Shown: positions 9,701-17,172, counted from the first letter of the stretch. The stretch: 23,445 nucleotides of DNA from Prasinococcaceae sp. CCMP 1430 (GCA_013416795.1 RQSC01000070.1:1-23445); one strand, 5' to 3'. Program-made: numbers and translations. Notes: generated by a model not told the origin, from the sequence alone.

Positions 9701-10298
9701 CGGTGGCGGCCCGTGGTACCGCGGGTGGCGCCCTGGGCACTTCCATCGTCGCTGGCACTTTTTCCTCGGGCTGCAGGAACGTCTTGTCCGTCGCATCGGG
9801 CAGGTCGTCCAGCGTGGTCCAGTCGTCGGCGTCGAGCTTTCCGTCGGCGTCCACGACGGAGGTCGTCCGCCGCGTCACAGACCCGACAGCCTGCTTCCGC
9901 ACCTCGAGCGACTTTTGCGACAGTGGCTTTGGGGGGGGCGGTGAAGGCAGCTCGTGAGCGGCCGCCACCGGCGATCCGCCCTCCGTGTTGGCAGCCGCGG
10001 CAGCGGGTGAGGCCAGAGTAGCCGCTGCTACCGCGGCGGTCGGCGAGCTCGGTATGCTCTCTATCTCCGTAACCTCGCCAGCGCGGGCGCTCGCTCTGGG
10101 TGTGGTCGGCAAGCTCTCGACCTCGACGACTTCCAGCGCGGGCGGGGCCGGCTGCTGCGGCGCGGCCACGGCCACGGGCGCAGGCGCGGTCGATTGCACG
10201 GGTGCAGCGCGCGGTGAGCTCGGCATGCTCTCGATCTCAGTGATCTCGCTCGCCTCCGCCGAGGGCCGCGCGAACGGCTCCGCCGGCGCGCCGTCCAT
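6798..10298 (-). CDS. AHI1: Jouberin / AHI1 orthologue (ciliary transition-zone protein: C2-like domain + WD40 propeller), ~1166 aa, no recognisable SH3
   Basis: The C2-like block (VRVHLVDAATGAYV, QTSPY, RWNEELVIDED, ALFEVL, AWGFLRL), then MWPFQEEQG and GEPCQVPN, then WD repeats (AFSPDGSVIAAA, HYDMVYDMRWS, ISASSDFTAKVW, GFVYAA, TSCYDGALRLW, MHPNG, AGSEDG) follow the order known for AHI1. The start is set at ATG 10298 (gcgccATG), downstream of the N gap. Confidence 0.85.
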   Translation of the reverse strand: MDGAPAEPFARPSAEASEITEIESMPSSPRAAPVQSTAPAPVAVAAPQQPAPPALEVVEVESLPTTPRASARAGEVTEIESIPSSPTAAVAAATLASPAAAAANTEGGSPVAAAHELPSPPPPKPLSQKSLEVRKQAVGSVTRRTTSVVDADGKLDADDWTTLDDLPDATDKTFLQPEEKVPATMEVPRAPPAVPRAATAPESLGPSAYVAAASELQRGLGGAAAPTKVPSLPMAPIGAAGAAREVAQGGPSFFTPRVATGASLAAVRDADYAPPHPGCMVSLIIRELDALVPDALVTAPVVRVHLVDAATGAYVSKSNPSRTAVTARHAPPHIEPFQTSPYVLGDNTKPNSSGVTSDVMVARWNEELVIDEDWDNLLSPTSSALALFEVLQPAGSYDAYRNMRGAFRSRDGAYPVAWGFLRLRPKGGVKKHGDVNIKLREWTRSASYKAVGSTSKPPGVYDEYRAYCNAAHKDFMPSDENVPPKSNGLFSCVCAPAVAEAYPGVLRIRLTAMPRPSGRARVDRAMWPFQEEQGRLTVEQLLAGGRLPAPRKTAEEEGMELAEVAGSEPKIDPRVHLRRGLGEPCQVPNRRAGFLDSGLTGASALAFSPDGSVIAAAIGDADTSFSIRLYSTATLKLEATLEPHYDMVYDMRWSKTGTELISASSDFTAKVWNVAMAPEGGVGPVEVLRGRGSARAVMQHAGFVYAAAWVDEASAGSNLEDGRHVLTSCYDGALRLWDATTTGMASVVADLQLGVGTDAYGNALAMTPSGSRAYLGCADGHIREVGIDVGGGVEAGGRASQLTLLRTFAGLGGAPIAALAMHPNGEEMAALSHASALVTINLTTMEGGRPFWGVQCSSHRPAATQALSISPDGAWLLAGSEDGRCIIWSWTSGESATLFGIDLKGQPLDSLCWSPTEHAIAVGAFGSAVEPEVHDWSPQIAEAAQSLLDSEARFKRGGPRPALLPLHLPAAPPKQRKRLHLPDKLTPAMVRSMLAKVREDERGMGKSTAPVPDPEVQPMPPQSSAFSARPSSRSSIPRLRPTKGAVSAKLEARKAEAVPSAPASASLPAAAPSSSLGFGGGNSDGALAARRPPFSGMGAGGSQAGGSGVSSGSVSQPPVVDDSGSRTTAGTIVAPSQGGRAAGRIMARLDEMKAKAAARASARYDD
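10035..10247 (-). repeat. Three 42-nt (14-aa) coding repeats in the AHI1 N-terminus
   Basis: EITEIESMPSSPRA (10206-10247), EVVEVESLPTTPRA (10092-10133), EVTEIESIPSSPTA (10035-10076). Confidence 0.85.
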
Positions 10299-10350
10299 GG
10301 CGCGCGGCCGCAGCTGCGGCCGCGCGCTCTCACACGCGCGGGGGCCGCGC

Positions 10351-10357
10351 NNNNNNN
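10351..10357. other. Assembly gap (7 N)
   Basis: Literal N run. Confidence 0.99.
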
Positions 10358-10417
10358 CGCCGATGGACCCGAGCGCGCGCGCGCGCCTGTGCGCGCGCGC
10401 CCCGCCGGGGGAACCGC

Positions 10418-10515
10418 CCGCCATCAAACGCCATGCGATTCCCCCACCCACCACGCGCGCGGCCCGCCGCACCCCGCCACGCGACCGCCCGCGCACCGCC
10501 ATCAAACGCCACGCG
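10418..10515. repeat. 20-nt direct repeat upstream of AHI1
   Basis: CCGCCATCAAACGCCATGCG (10418-10437) and CCGCCATCAAACGCCACGCG (10496-10515), one mismatch. Confidence 0.8.
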
Positions 10516-11180
10516 CCGCGGGCCAACGTCTTTCGGAATCGCCTTTCGACATTTGGGAGAAAGTCCGATCGGCGGGCGAGGGGTGCCGAGGAGGCCATCC
10601 GCCGGACGTCGAAATCGTCCAAACGTGCAATAATGGCCAGGTCACACTCAAATAGCAGTGTCAGGTCACGTCGTCAGGTGTGTGCCACAGCATGCTGTCT
10701 GTGAGGCCGCATTTGGATCAGGATCCGGATCGGGATCATGTCATCATGACCTGGCAACGCCTGGGGTTGGCATACAAGAGTCTGCCGTGGTTGAATTTGA
10801 TGACAATATGAATGAGTGGTATCGGCGCCGTCGCCGGGTCGCGGGCCGCGGCGCGCCGCGCGCGCTTCCGCGGCGCGACAGGGCGAATACACCCGCGTCC
10901 GCGGCGGAGGGGTGCGAGCCTTCAACAAAATCCGGCCGAACACCCGCCCCGACCGAATCCGAACGACCGACCCACCGGAGGCAACCATGCCCTGCAGTTA
11001 TTTTTTTTTTTGCCGAGTTTTTCATCCGAACTTTTCGCGCTTTTTTGCGTTTTTTTGTTGGGCAGTGCCGTGGCATCTGGCTGGCGCGACAAACCCCAAA
11101 TGCCACGTGGAGGGTTTGTGCCGCGCGCGCCTGGGGCCCGGGCCAGGCGGGGCTGGGCTGGGCCGAGCCGCGGGCGCAGC

Positions 11181-11182
<2 letters not shown>

Positions 11183-11232
<50 letters not shown>
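11183..11232. repeat. Poly-G homopolymer (50 nt)
   Basis: Direct reading. Length and possibly existence may be sequencing artefact. Confidence 0.7.
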
Positions 11233-11372
11233 CGAGCCGGCGCCCTCCCTCGCTCCGCGCCCCTCTCGTCCGCCTTCACCCCGCCCGCCGGCGAGGCGCG
11301 GCGCGGCGTGGCGCGACGCTGTGCGGCGTGCGCTCACGTGCGCTCGGACGCAGGTGGGACGGCGCAGGGAGG

Positions 11373-13088
11373 ATGCCCGACGCCGGGGCGGGGAATGGTC
11401 GCGCTGAGGGTGTTGCGACAGGGGGGGGCGTTGTGCTCGGCGCGCTCGGCGTCGTGCAGTGGGGCGCGACGGCAGCGGCAGCGTGTGGCGCTCTGTGCGG
11501 CACCGGGAGCGAGGTTGATGGCGCATGTGGCCTCGCGCCGGTCGCGGTTGCCACGTGCAGCTGGACCGTGCTCGCGGCGCTCGCGCTCGCCTTCCCCGCA
11601 TGCGTTTCGGCATTCGGCCCGGGCGGCGCAGGCGGGAACGTGGGGGTCGCCGCGCGTTTCGGGGCGACGGCCACGCTGCTCTTCACGGTCGGCGGGGTCG
11701 CTCTTGCGGACGGCACCACCGACGCGCGCGGGTCGGTGAGGACCATCCTCATCATATCCCTGGTGCTCGCCACGGCGCTTCTCTCGCACGCGGCGTACGT
11801 CGCCCACGGCGCCTGCTCGCGAGCAGCCGATGCCAGCGCGCCGGCAAGGACACTCCGTGAGTACTTCCGCCTGCTCTACGCAGCGATGGTGGCCGGCGAT
11901 AGTGGGGTGATGCCGGGCAACGCGGTGGGGCCGATGGACGTGGAGGCCGGCGGCAGCAGTGGAGGGTATCAGCGCATGCGGGGCGACGCCGTCCGCGGCA
12001 GCAGGCGGGGAAGCGCGGTCGCGCCTGCGCCCGCGTCCGCGCTCGCCGCCCCGGCCGCGGCACAGCGCGGAGGCGTGCACTCGCGACAGCGCTTACATGG
12101 GCATGGCCCGCCGCACTCACAGGCGACGGCGGTGCTGCCCGTGGCCCAGCCAGCGTCGCCAGGGGCGAATGGCGCGCAGTTCGCTGAGGGCGTGGACGAC
12201 AAGAGCGATACGCACAAGTTCTACTGCCCTATCTGCATGCTGTACTACAAGGAGACGCTTCGCACCGCCTGCTGCGGCAACTACCTGTGCGAGGGGTGCG
12301 CGGTGAGCTTCATCAACGGGAAGGCCATGGTCGGCAGGGACGGTCAGCCTGCGGCCCTGAGCATCTCCTGCCCCTACTGCAACGAGAAGGAGCTCAGGCT
12401 CATTCGCGTGAAGCCATCAGAGGAGGCCAGGAGATACGAGGACTCACCCGCGACGGTCAGGCTGCGCAACAAGGGGGTCAAGCGTATCAGCGCCCCTAGT
12501 CCGATCCGCGTGGGTGACGACTGGGCGGCCATGGACAACAAGATGGTGGGCTTCGGTACGGCGGCCGAGGCTGTCGCTGACGAGCTGGAGGAGGGCCAGC
12601 AGTGGCGCACTCCTCGCCACTCCTTGGAAGAAAGCTGGCCGGGAGACGCGGCCCAATCGGTCGAGTTTCAGCGCTCAGTCGAGCGGGTCCGCAGTGTGAT
12701 CGCGGCCGGCAACGCTGTTGCAAATGCCTCGAGGCCTGTGGCCACGATCGTTACCGCGGGGGTATCGACCGTGGCGCCTGGGGGCGGGGACGCCGACGCG
12801 ATGGCGACACCTGCGCGGCAGACCGGGGGCCGACCTCCGCGCCCCCCGGCGTCGCGCGCGACGCCGGCGGTCGCCCCAGGCGTGCAGGCGATGGCGACGC
12901 CATTCTCAACCGTGGCCGGTGGCGTGTCGCCAGGGCCGCAGCACGTCCCGTGGGAGCACCAGGAGGCACAGGATGACCGCGAGGGCCGACGGACGGTTGC
13001 GCGAAGGCTCGACGCGGTGGCCGGGGGCGACACGCCCGCGCAGTCGCCGGAGCCAGAGCGCCAGTCTCCACCGAGCTCCTCGGAGTGA
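11373..13088 (+). CDS. Membrane protein (about 4 hydrophobic helices) with a cytoplasmic Cys-rich RING-variant domain and disordered tail; putative E3 ligase
   Basis: Hydrophobic stretches at ~11430-11810. Cys pattern CPIC-x11-CCGNYLCEGC-x23-CPYC at 12225-12380. The remainder is low complexity. The 5' end is uncertain (ATG 11373 chosen; the upstream frame crosses the poly-G). Confidence 0.65.
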   Translation: MPDAGAGNGRAEGVATGGGVVLGALGVVQWGATAAAACGALCGTGSEVDGACGLAPVAVATCSWTVLAALALAFPACVSAFGPGGAGGNVGVAARFGATATLLFTVGGVALADGTTDARGSVRTILIISLVLATALLSHAAYVAHGACSRAADASAPARTLREYFRLLYAAMVAGDSGVMPGNAVGPMDVEAGGSSGGYQRMRGDAVRGSRRGSAVAPAPASALAAPAAAQRGGVHSRQRLHGHGPPHSQATAVLPVAQPASPGANGAQFAEGVDDKSDTHKFYCPICMLYYKETLRTACCGNYLCEGCAVSFINGKAMVGRDGQPAALSISCPYCNEKELRLIRVKPSEEARRYEDSPATVRLRNKGVKRISAPSPIRVGDDWAAMDNKMVGFGTAAEAVADELEEGQQWRTPRHSLEESWPGDAAQSVEFQRSVERVRSVIAAGNAVANASRPVATIVTAGVSTVAPGGGDADAMATPARQTGGRPPRPPASRATPAVAPGVQAMATPFSTVAGGVSPGPQHVPWEHQEAQDDREGRRTVARRLDAVAGGDTPAQSPEPERQSPPSSSE

Positions 13089-13391
13089 GCGAGACTTGGG
13101 TGCGCCACGACACTACCACACAAACACAGCGGCACCAAACATTCAATGCAGGGCGGATGTGATATCCCATCGCATGGAGCATAATCAAACTTTGCCGGGA
13201 CGCTCGAAGCCTCGAACCATTGTCGCGCGCGCATTGTTCGGTGGCCTGACAGTGTGCATTTGTCGTATGTTGACAGTTTCAGGGGGTTTGGACCGCGCGC
13301 GCCAACACTTTCTCTTGCGCGGTGCTTTGTTTGAGCTCGATCGTCCCACGCGTCAGCCAGTGCGCTGGCATCCCAGTGACTGCGCACAAGC

Positions 13392-14717
13392 TCATGCGCT
13401 GGTCACAGCGAGCGCCCGGATGACGCTCCGCGAGGCCGCCTTTCGTCTGGCTCCGACTGCTGTCACCGCCCGCGCCACGGACATCGTGTACTGCACGTTT
13501 GTGAGCATCAATCGCGACAGTGCGCGAGCACAGCCGACGATGGCAGGACGGACGAGGTCTTCGACCGAGCCATCGCGGAATGAGTGCGAAGCCAAAGGGT
13601 CGACGACAGCGAGGTCGTTTGCAGCGCCCTGGATGGCGCCCGCGACTGCTGCTATGCCGTCCGACACATGCGCGAGCTCGTGAAGCTCGTGATGCGTCTC
13701 CTCTCGCAACCTCTTCCCTTCTTGAGTGCGAGCGTGCCGTTCTTTGTCGGCGTCTCGCTTCGTGTCCGGGCCTTGCAGCACGTCGAGCAGCTCCTCGCCG
13801 ATGGGCTCCACACTGGTGCGGCCATCCCCACGCACAGCCTTCTTGGGCCGATACGTGCTCCATTTGTCGTGGTCGTCGCCATCGCCGTCACCGTCGTCGT
13901 CAGAGTCGCCGCCATCCTTTTCGTCGTCGCCGGAGCTCTCAGCCTCTGCGAGCTCCTCAGCCTCGTCTTGTCGAAGGGCATCTTTCATGTCATTGCGCGC
14001 TTGCTCGAGCTTCGCCATGGCGTCCTGCGCCACGGCCTCGTGCTCCGGCACGAACTCGGTCACGAGCGCGGACATATCTCCGAAGTCGCACGAGATGAGT
14101 GCCTCACCCGTGCACTCGCTCGCTGGAATCACTCTATCCTCGCCCTCCTCCCAGGCGCGCGGCTCGCCATCTTTGTGCACGACGAACTTGAAGTACACGG
14201 CCTGTCCTTCATCGCCATCCCCATCCTCAGAGCCCGTCGCCGGCGCGGTCACCGGCAGGAGCAGCTCGCCCTCCCACACGTCGCCGTCCGTCCACTCGAG
14301 CGACGTGCCCGCGGCCAACGCGGCGCCGATGTCCCACGCACCCAGATCGGGGTGCGACCCCACCACGCAGACGCTCTCGCCGAAGCGCACATGAATTCCC
14401 ACGCGCACATGCAGTATGAGTCCGCCGCCTTCGCCCCACCCATCAGCGTCCGCGCCGAGACCTGCCGCGCCCGCCGCGGGCAGCGAGTCTTCGCCCGTCT
14501 CCGCGGCCACCTCGCGTAGCAAGGCCTCCATGTGCGGCGCCGTGTCCGCGCATCGCGCCGCACGCCGGTGTGCGCGCGTGCCGAGTACCAGGCAAGCGCG
14601 CGCCACGGCGCTGTCTCGCGCGCTGTGGCGCCCACAGTGGCGCCACCGACCCCATCCCACAGCCCGCGCGCGCGCGCAGCCGGTGTTGACGCCGCCGGCG
14701 CGCCCTTTGAGGTTCAT
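13392..14717 (-). CDS. CBM20 starch-binding-domain protein, copy 1 (acidic/coiled-coil C-terminal half; possible plastid transit peptide)
   Basis: CBM20 signature at ~14070-14420: FGESVCVVGSHPDLGAWD, LEWTDGDVW, YFKFV, WEEGEDRV. The start is either ATG 14717 (adds 62 Arg/Ala-rich, acid-poor residues) or ATG 14531. Confidence 0.8.
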   Translation of the reverse strand: MNLKGRAGGVNTGCARARAVGWGRWRHCGRHSARDSAVARACLVLGTRAHRRAARCADTAPHMEALLREVAAETGEDSLPAAGAAGLGADADGWGEGGGLILHVRVGIHVRFGESVCVVGSHPDLGAWDIGAALAAGTSLEWTDGDVWEGELLLPVTAPATGSEDGDGDEGQAVYFKFVVHKDGEPRAWEEGEDRVIPASECTGEALISCDFGDMSALVTEFVPEHEAVAQDAMAKLEQARNDMKDALRQDEAEELAEAESSGDDEKDGGDSDDDGDGDGDDHDKWSTYRPKKAVRGDGRTSVEPIGEELLDVLQGPDTKRDADKERHARTQEGKRLREETHHELHELAHVSDGIAAVAGAIQGAANDLAVVDPLASHSFRDGSVEDLVRPAIVGCARALSRLMLTNVQYTMSVARAVTAVGARRKAASRSVIRALAVTSA

Positions 14718-14723
14718 TGAAAA

Positions 14724-14732
14724 CTAGGGTTC
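14724..14732 (-). promoter_or_regulatory. Telo-box-like element just upstream of the CBM20 copy 1 ATG
   Basis: GAACCCTAG on minus, 6 nt before ATG 14717. A related TTTAGGTTT lies at 14795-14803. Confidence 0.35.
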
Positions 14733-15477
14733 AAAGAAGCTGCTTCATAGAATGTTCTTTGATGCGTTTTGTTTTTTTAACTTGCCAAGAATGGTTTAGG
14801 TTTCATCGGCTCGAAGGCAGCGAGGCCAGCTGCGGGAGGGGGGCACACGCGCTGCGCGCGCGCGCGCATCCGCGGGCGTTTTTTCCTACTTTTTCTTTTT
14901 TTCGGGCGGGCGCGTCGCGTCGCGGCGCGGCGCGAGCGACGTTTCGGCGAGGTGCGTGGGACCATCGGACTTCGCGGAAGGCGGGGCGAAAGGCGCGAGG
15001 GCGCGGGTCCCTTTCCGGGATCCGGGGCGCGCGGCGACGGGCCGGCCCGAAACCCCCTCCACCGCCACGTACGGATGTGATATGCGTAACACGTTGGCAA
15101 CAACACTCGGCACATGAAACCCCGATCGACACATCGAACGAAACGCGCCCCGCTGGAAAAAGAACAAAAAAGCGCGGGAGATGGAATCGGCTGCAGGTGC
15201 GGATTGAGATGAGATGCGACGGGGCGGTGATGAGGAAACCCCTGCAAAGCCGTCGTTTTTTTTTTTTGCCTTGCAGGCAGGAGAGACGGGGAGGAAAGAG
15301 GAAGAAGAGGATGGGCTGTGAAGGCCCCGAAGGGCTTCGAAGGCGTCGCACCCGGCCGTTGGCGGCTCCGGCGCGTCCCGTGGCCGCGCCACACCTTCGG
15401 TTGCACGGTGCGTGGCGGGATTCGCGCGGGCAGACCTTCTTCGCGTTTAGATCCGATGGCTTTCCCGTGGGTACCTT

Positions 15478-16863
15478 TTGGAGGCGCCTCTTCAGGCACC
15501 TTTTTTCGCGCGTCAGCGGCGCCGCCCGCGTGGCGAAAAAGCGCGCGCGCGCGCGGCGACTGCGCGTCGGCAGCAGCAGCGCGGACGGCGGCGGCGGAGG
15601 GCGGCGGCGGGGCGCGGGTGCCGCGCTCCGAGTCGAGCCGTTGCGGCGTCCGAGGGGGGGGGCGGCAGCAACAGGGAACTCAGACTGCGCGTGTGCGTGG
15701 AGAAGCACGTGCACTTCGGCGAAAGGTGCGAGCGAGCGAGCGACCGCGCCGGCGCAGGGAGCGGTTGTGTGCATGCTCTTTCTGCCTTGGTGCTCCGTGC
15801 GCCCGCGCTGACACGCCGTCGACAAAGCGTGTGCATGGTGGGGTCGCACCCTGCGCTGGGTGAGTGGGACATCGGGCGCAGCGCGCCGCTCGAGTGGACA
15901 ATGGGCGACCTGTGGCAGGGCGAAGTGCGGCTGCCAGCGATCGCGCCCAAAGCGTGCAGCGAGGGGGGCGCGGGCACTGCTGACGTGTACTTCAAGTTCG
16001 TCATCCAGAGAGACGGACACCCGCGCAGGTGGGAGGAGGGCCAGAATAGGGTGATTCTCGCGAAAGAGTGCGATGGGGACGCACGCATCTCGTGCAAGTT
16101 CGGTGACATGTCGGCAGGCCTGACCGCGATCGAGGCAGAACCAACTAGCGTCGAGGAAGCTACGATCGAGGGCGAAGGGGGGGCAAGCGCAGCACGTGCG
16201 GCGCCCCCCCCCCCGCGCCCTCCGCCCCTGCCCCCACGCTCCCCGCCGCTCGAGCGTCCTCGCGCCCTTTCGCCATCGCGAGCTCGTGGCGGAGCCTGGA
16301 GGAGGAGCCTGACGACGAGGAGCCCGGATGGTGAGGACGAGGTTGAGGAGCCTGAGAGGGCTGAAGTGGTGCTCAGTCTCGAGGAAGCGCGGGCGAAGCT
16401 CGAGGACGACGTGCGCCAGAGCGCGAGCGAGACGAGCAGAGAACACGAGATGGAGCAGCAGGAGCGGGAGCAGGGGGAGCTGGGCTTTGCGGCGGCGGCA
16501 TACTGGGCTCGGCGCGCGGTGGTGGGGACAAGCGCGGCACGCGCGGCACCTTCCGCGCGGCGGCCTTCGATACCACCGCCCGGCGCGCCGTCGCGAGCTC
16601 GCGGCGGAGCCTGGAGGAGGAGCCGGAGGAGGAGCCTGACGATTAGGAGCCTGGAGGATGAGGATGAGGAGCCTGTGATGCCCGAAGTGTTGCGAGGCTC
16701 GCAGCGAGCAACCGGCGGCGCACGACACATCGCCCTCAGTACCGAAGGGTCGACGCTCGCGGCGTGCAAGCTCGCGGAGCTCCGCGAGATGTGCCGGGCG
16801 CGCGGCCTCCGGACGTGGGGCACCAAGCAGATGCTGGCGGAGCGTCTCGAGAAGGGCTACTAG
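15478..16863 (+). CDS. CBM20 starch-binding-domain protein, copy 2, with C-terminal SAP motif; one intron 15726..15827; 5' end unresolved
   Basis: CBM20 at 15679-16113 (FGE/SVCMVGSHPALGEWD, LEWTMGDLW, YFKFV, WEEGQNRV). SAP motif TLAACKLAELREMCRARGLRTWGTKQMLAERL at ~16753-16848. There is no in-frame ATG upstream of the domain. ATG 15456 or 15311 would need a small intron or a length error in the G9 run at 15654-15662. Confidence 0.8.
   Translation: MEAPLQAPFFARQRRRPRGEKARARAATARRQQQRGRRRRRAAAGRGCRAPSRAVAASEGGGGSNRELRLRVCVEKHVHFGERCERASDRAGAGSGCVHALSALVLRAPALTRRRQSVCMVGSHPALGEWDIGRSAPLEWTMGDLWQGEVRLPAIAPKACSEGGAGTADVYFKFVIQRDGHPRRWEEGQNRVILAKECDGDARISCKFGDMSAGLTAIEAEPTSVEEATIEGEGGASAARAAPPPPRPPPLPPRSPPLERPRALSPSRARGGAWRRSLTTRSPDGEDEVEEPERAEVVLSLEEARAKLEDDVRQSASETSREHEMEQQEREQGELGFAAAAYWARRAVVGTSAARAAPSARRPSIPPPGAPSRARGGAWRRSRRRSLTIRSLEDEDEEPVMPEVLRGSQRATGGARHIALSTEGSTLAACKLAELREMCRARGLRTWGTKQMLAERLEKGY
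15726..15827 (+). other. In-frame, stop-free intron in CBM20 copy 2
   Basis: GTGCGA...GCTGAC(15807)...AAAG, 102 nt. Removal gives HFGESVCMVGSHP, collinear with RFGESVCVVGSHP of copy 1. Confidence 0.88.
16184..16674 (+). repeat. Internal duplicated module in CBM20 copy 2 (16184-16353 and 16529-16674)
   Basis: SAARAAP...PSRARGGAWRRS...LT(T/I)RS..(G/D)EDE..EP occurs twice. Copy lengths of 170 and 146 nt differ by a multiple of 3. Confidence 0.8.
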
Positions 16864-16942
16864 GGAGTGTGCCCGTGCGGCCTCGCCCGGCCCGTGGTGT
16901 GGCAGCCGCGCCCTGGCGTCGCGCAGCGCTTGTCCGCGTAGT

Positions 16943-16950
16943 TAGGGTTT
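16943..16950. promoter_or_regulatory. Exact telo-box (TAGGGTTT = AAACCCTA) upstream of the helicase
   Basis: Lies in an AT-rich patch ~225 nt before ATG 17173. Confidence 0.45.
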
Positions 16951-17172
16951 CGAATTGGAATTCACGAGAAGGTTACTGTATTAGAGGCTAGGCCACAGCC
17001 AGGGTTAACTACTCCAATTGGCGATTGCCGCGGGTGCGCCGGCGCGCGCCCGCCACAGCCGCCGCGAGCGTCGTCGCCGCAGGGCGGCGGCGCCGCCCGC
17101 CGGCTGGGTTGGAGTGGGAGGCGCGTCCGTGCGCGGCAGCGCGGACTCACCGGCGGCCCGCGCGCTGGCGCG

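Noticed and set aside
10299-10622. 108-aa N-terminal extension of AHI1 in the ORF track
   Set aside because: Crosses an N gap and contains promoter-like direct repeats. ATG 10298 has the same GCGC-rich context as other starts.
10715-10738. (GGATCN)4 tandem repeat, read as GSGSGSGS in ORF 10658..11407
   Set aside because: Short simple repeat. The host ORF has no recognisable domain and runs through the poly-G.
11183-11232. Poly-Gly or poly-Pro protein segments
   Set aside because: Derived from a homopolymer of unreliable length, so the frame across it cannot be trusted.
13491-13553. Possible in-frame 63-nt intron near the end of CBM20 copy 1 (GTCCGT...GCTCAC...GCAG on minus)
   Set aside because: Shorter than other introns, weak donor, no CTGAC, and no homology check available. 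Left unresolved.
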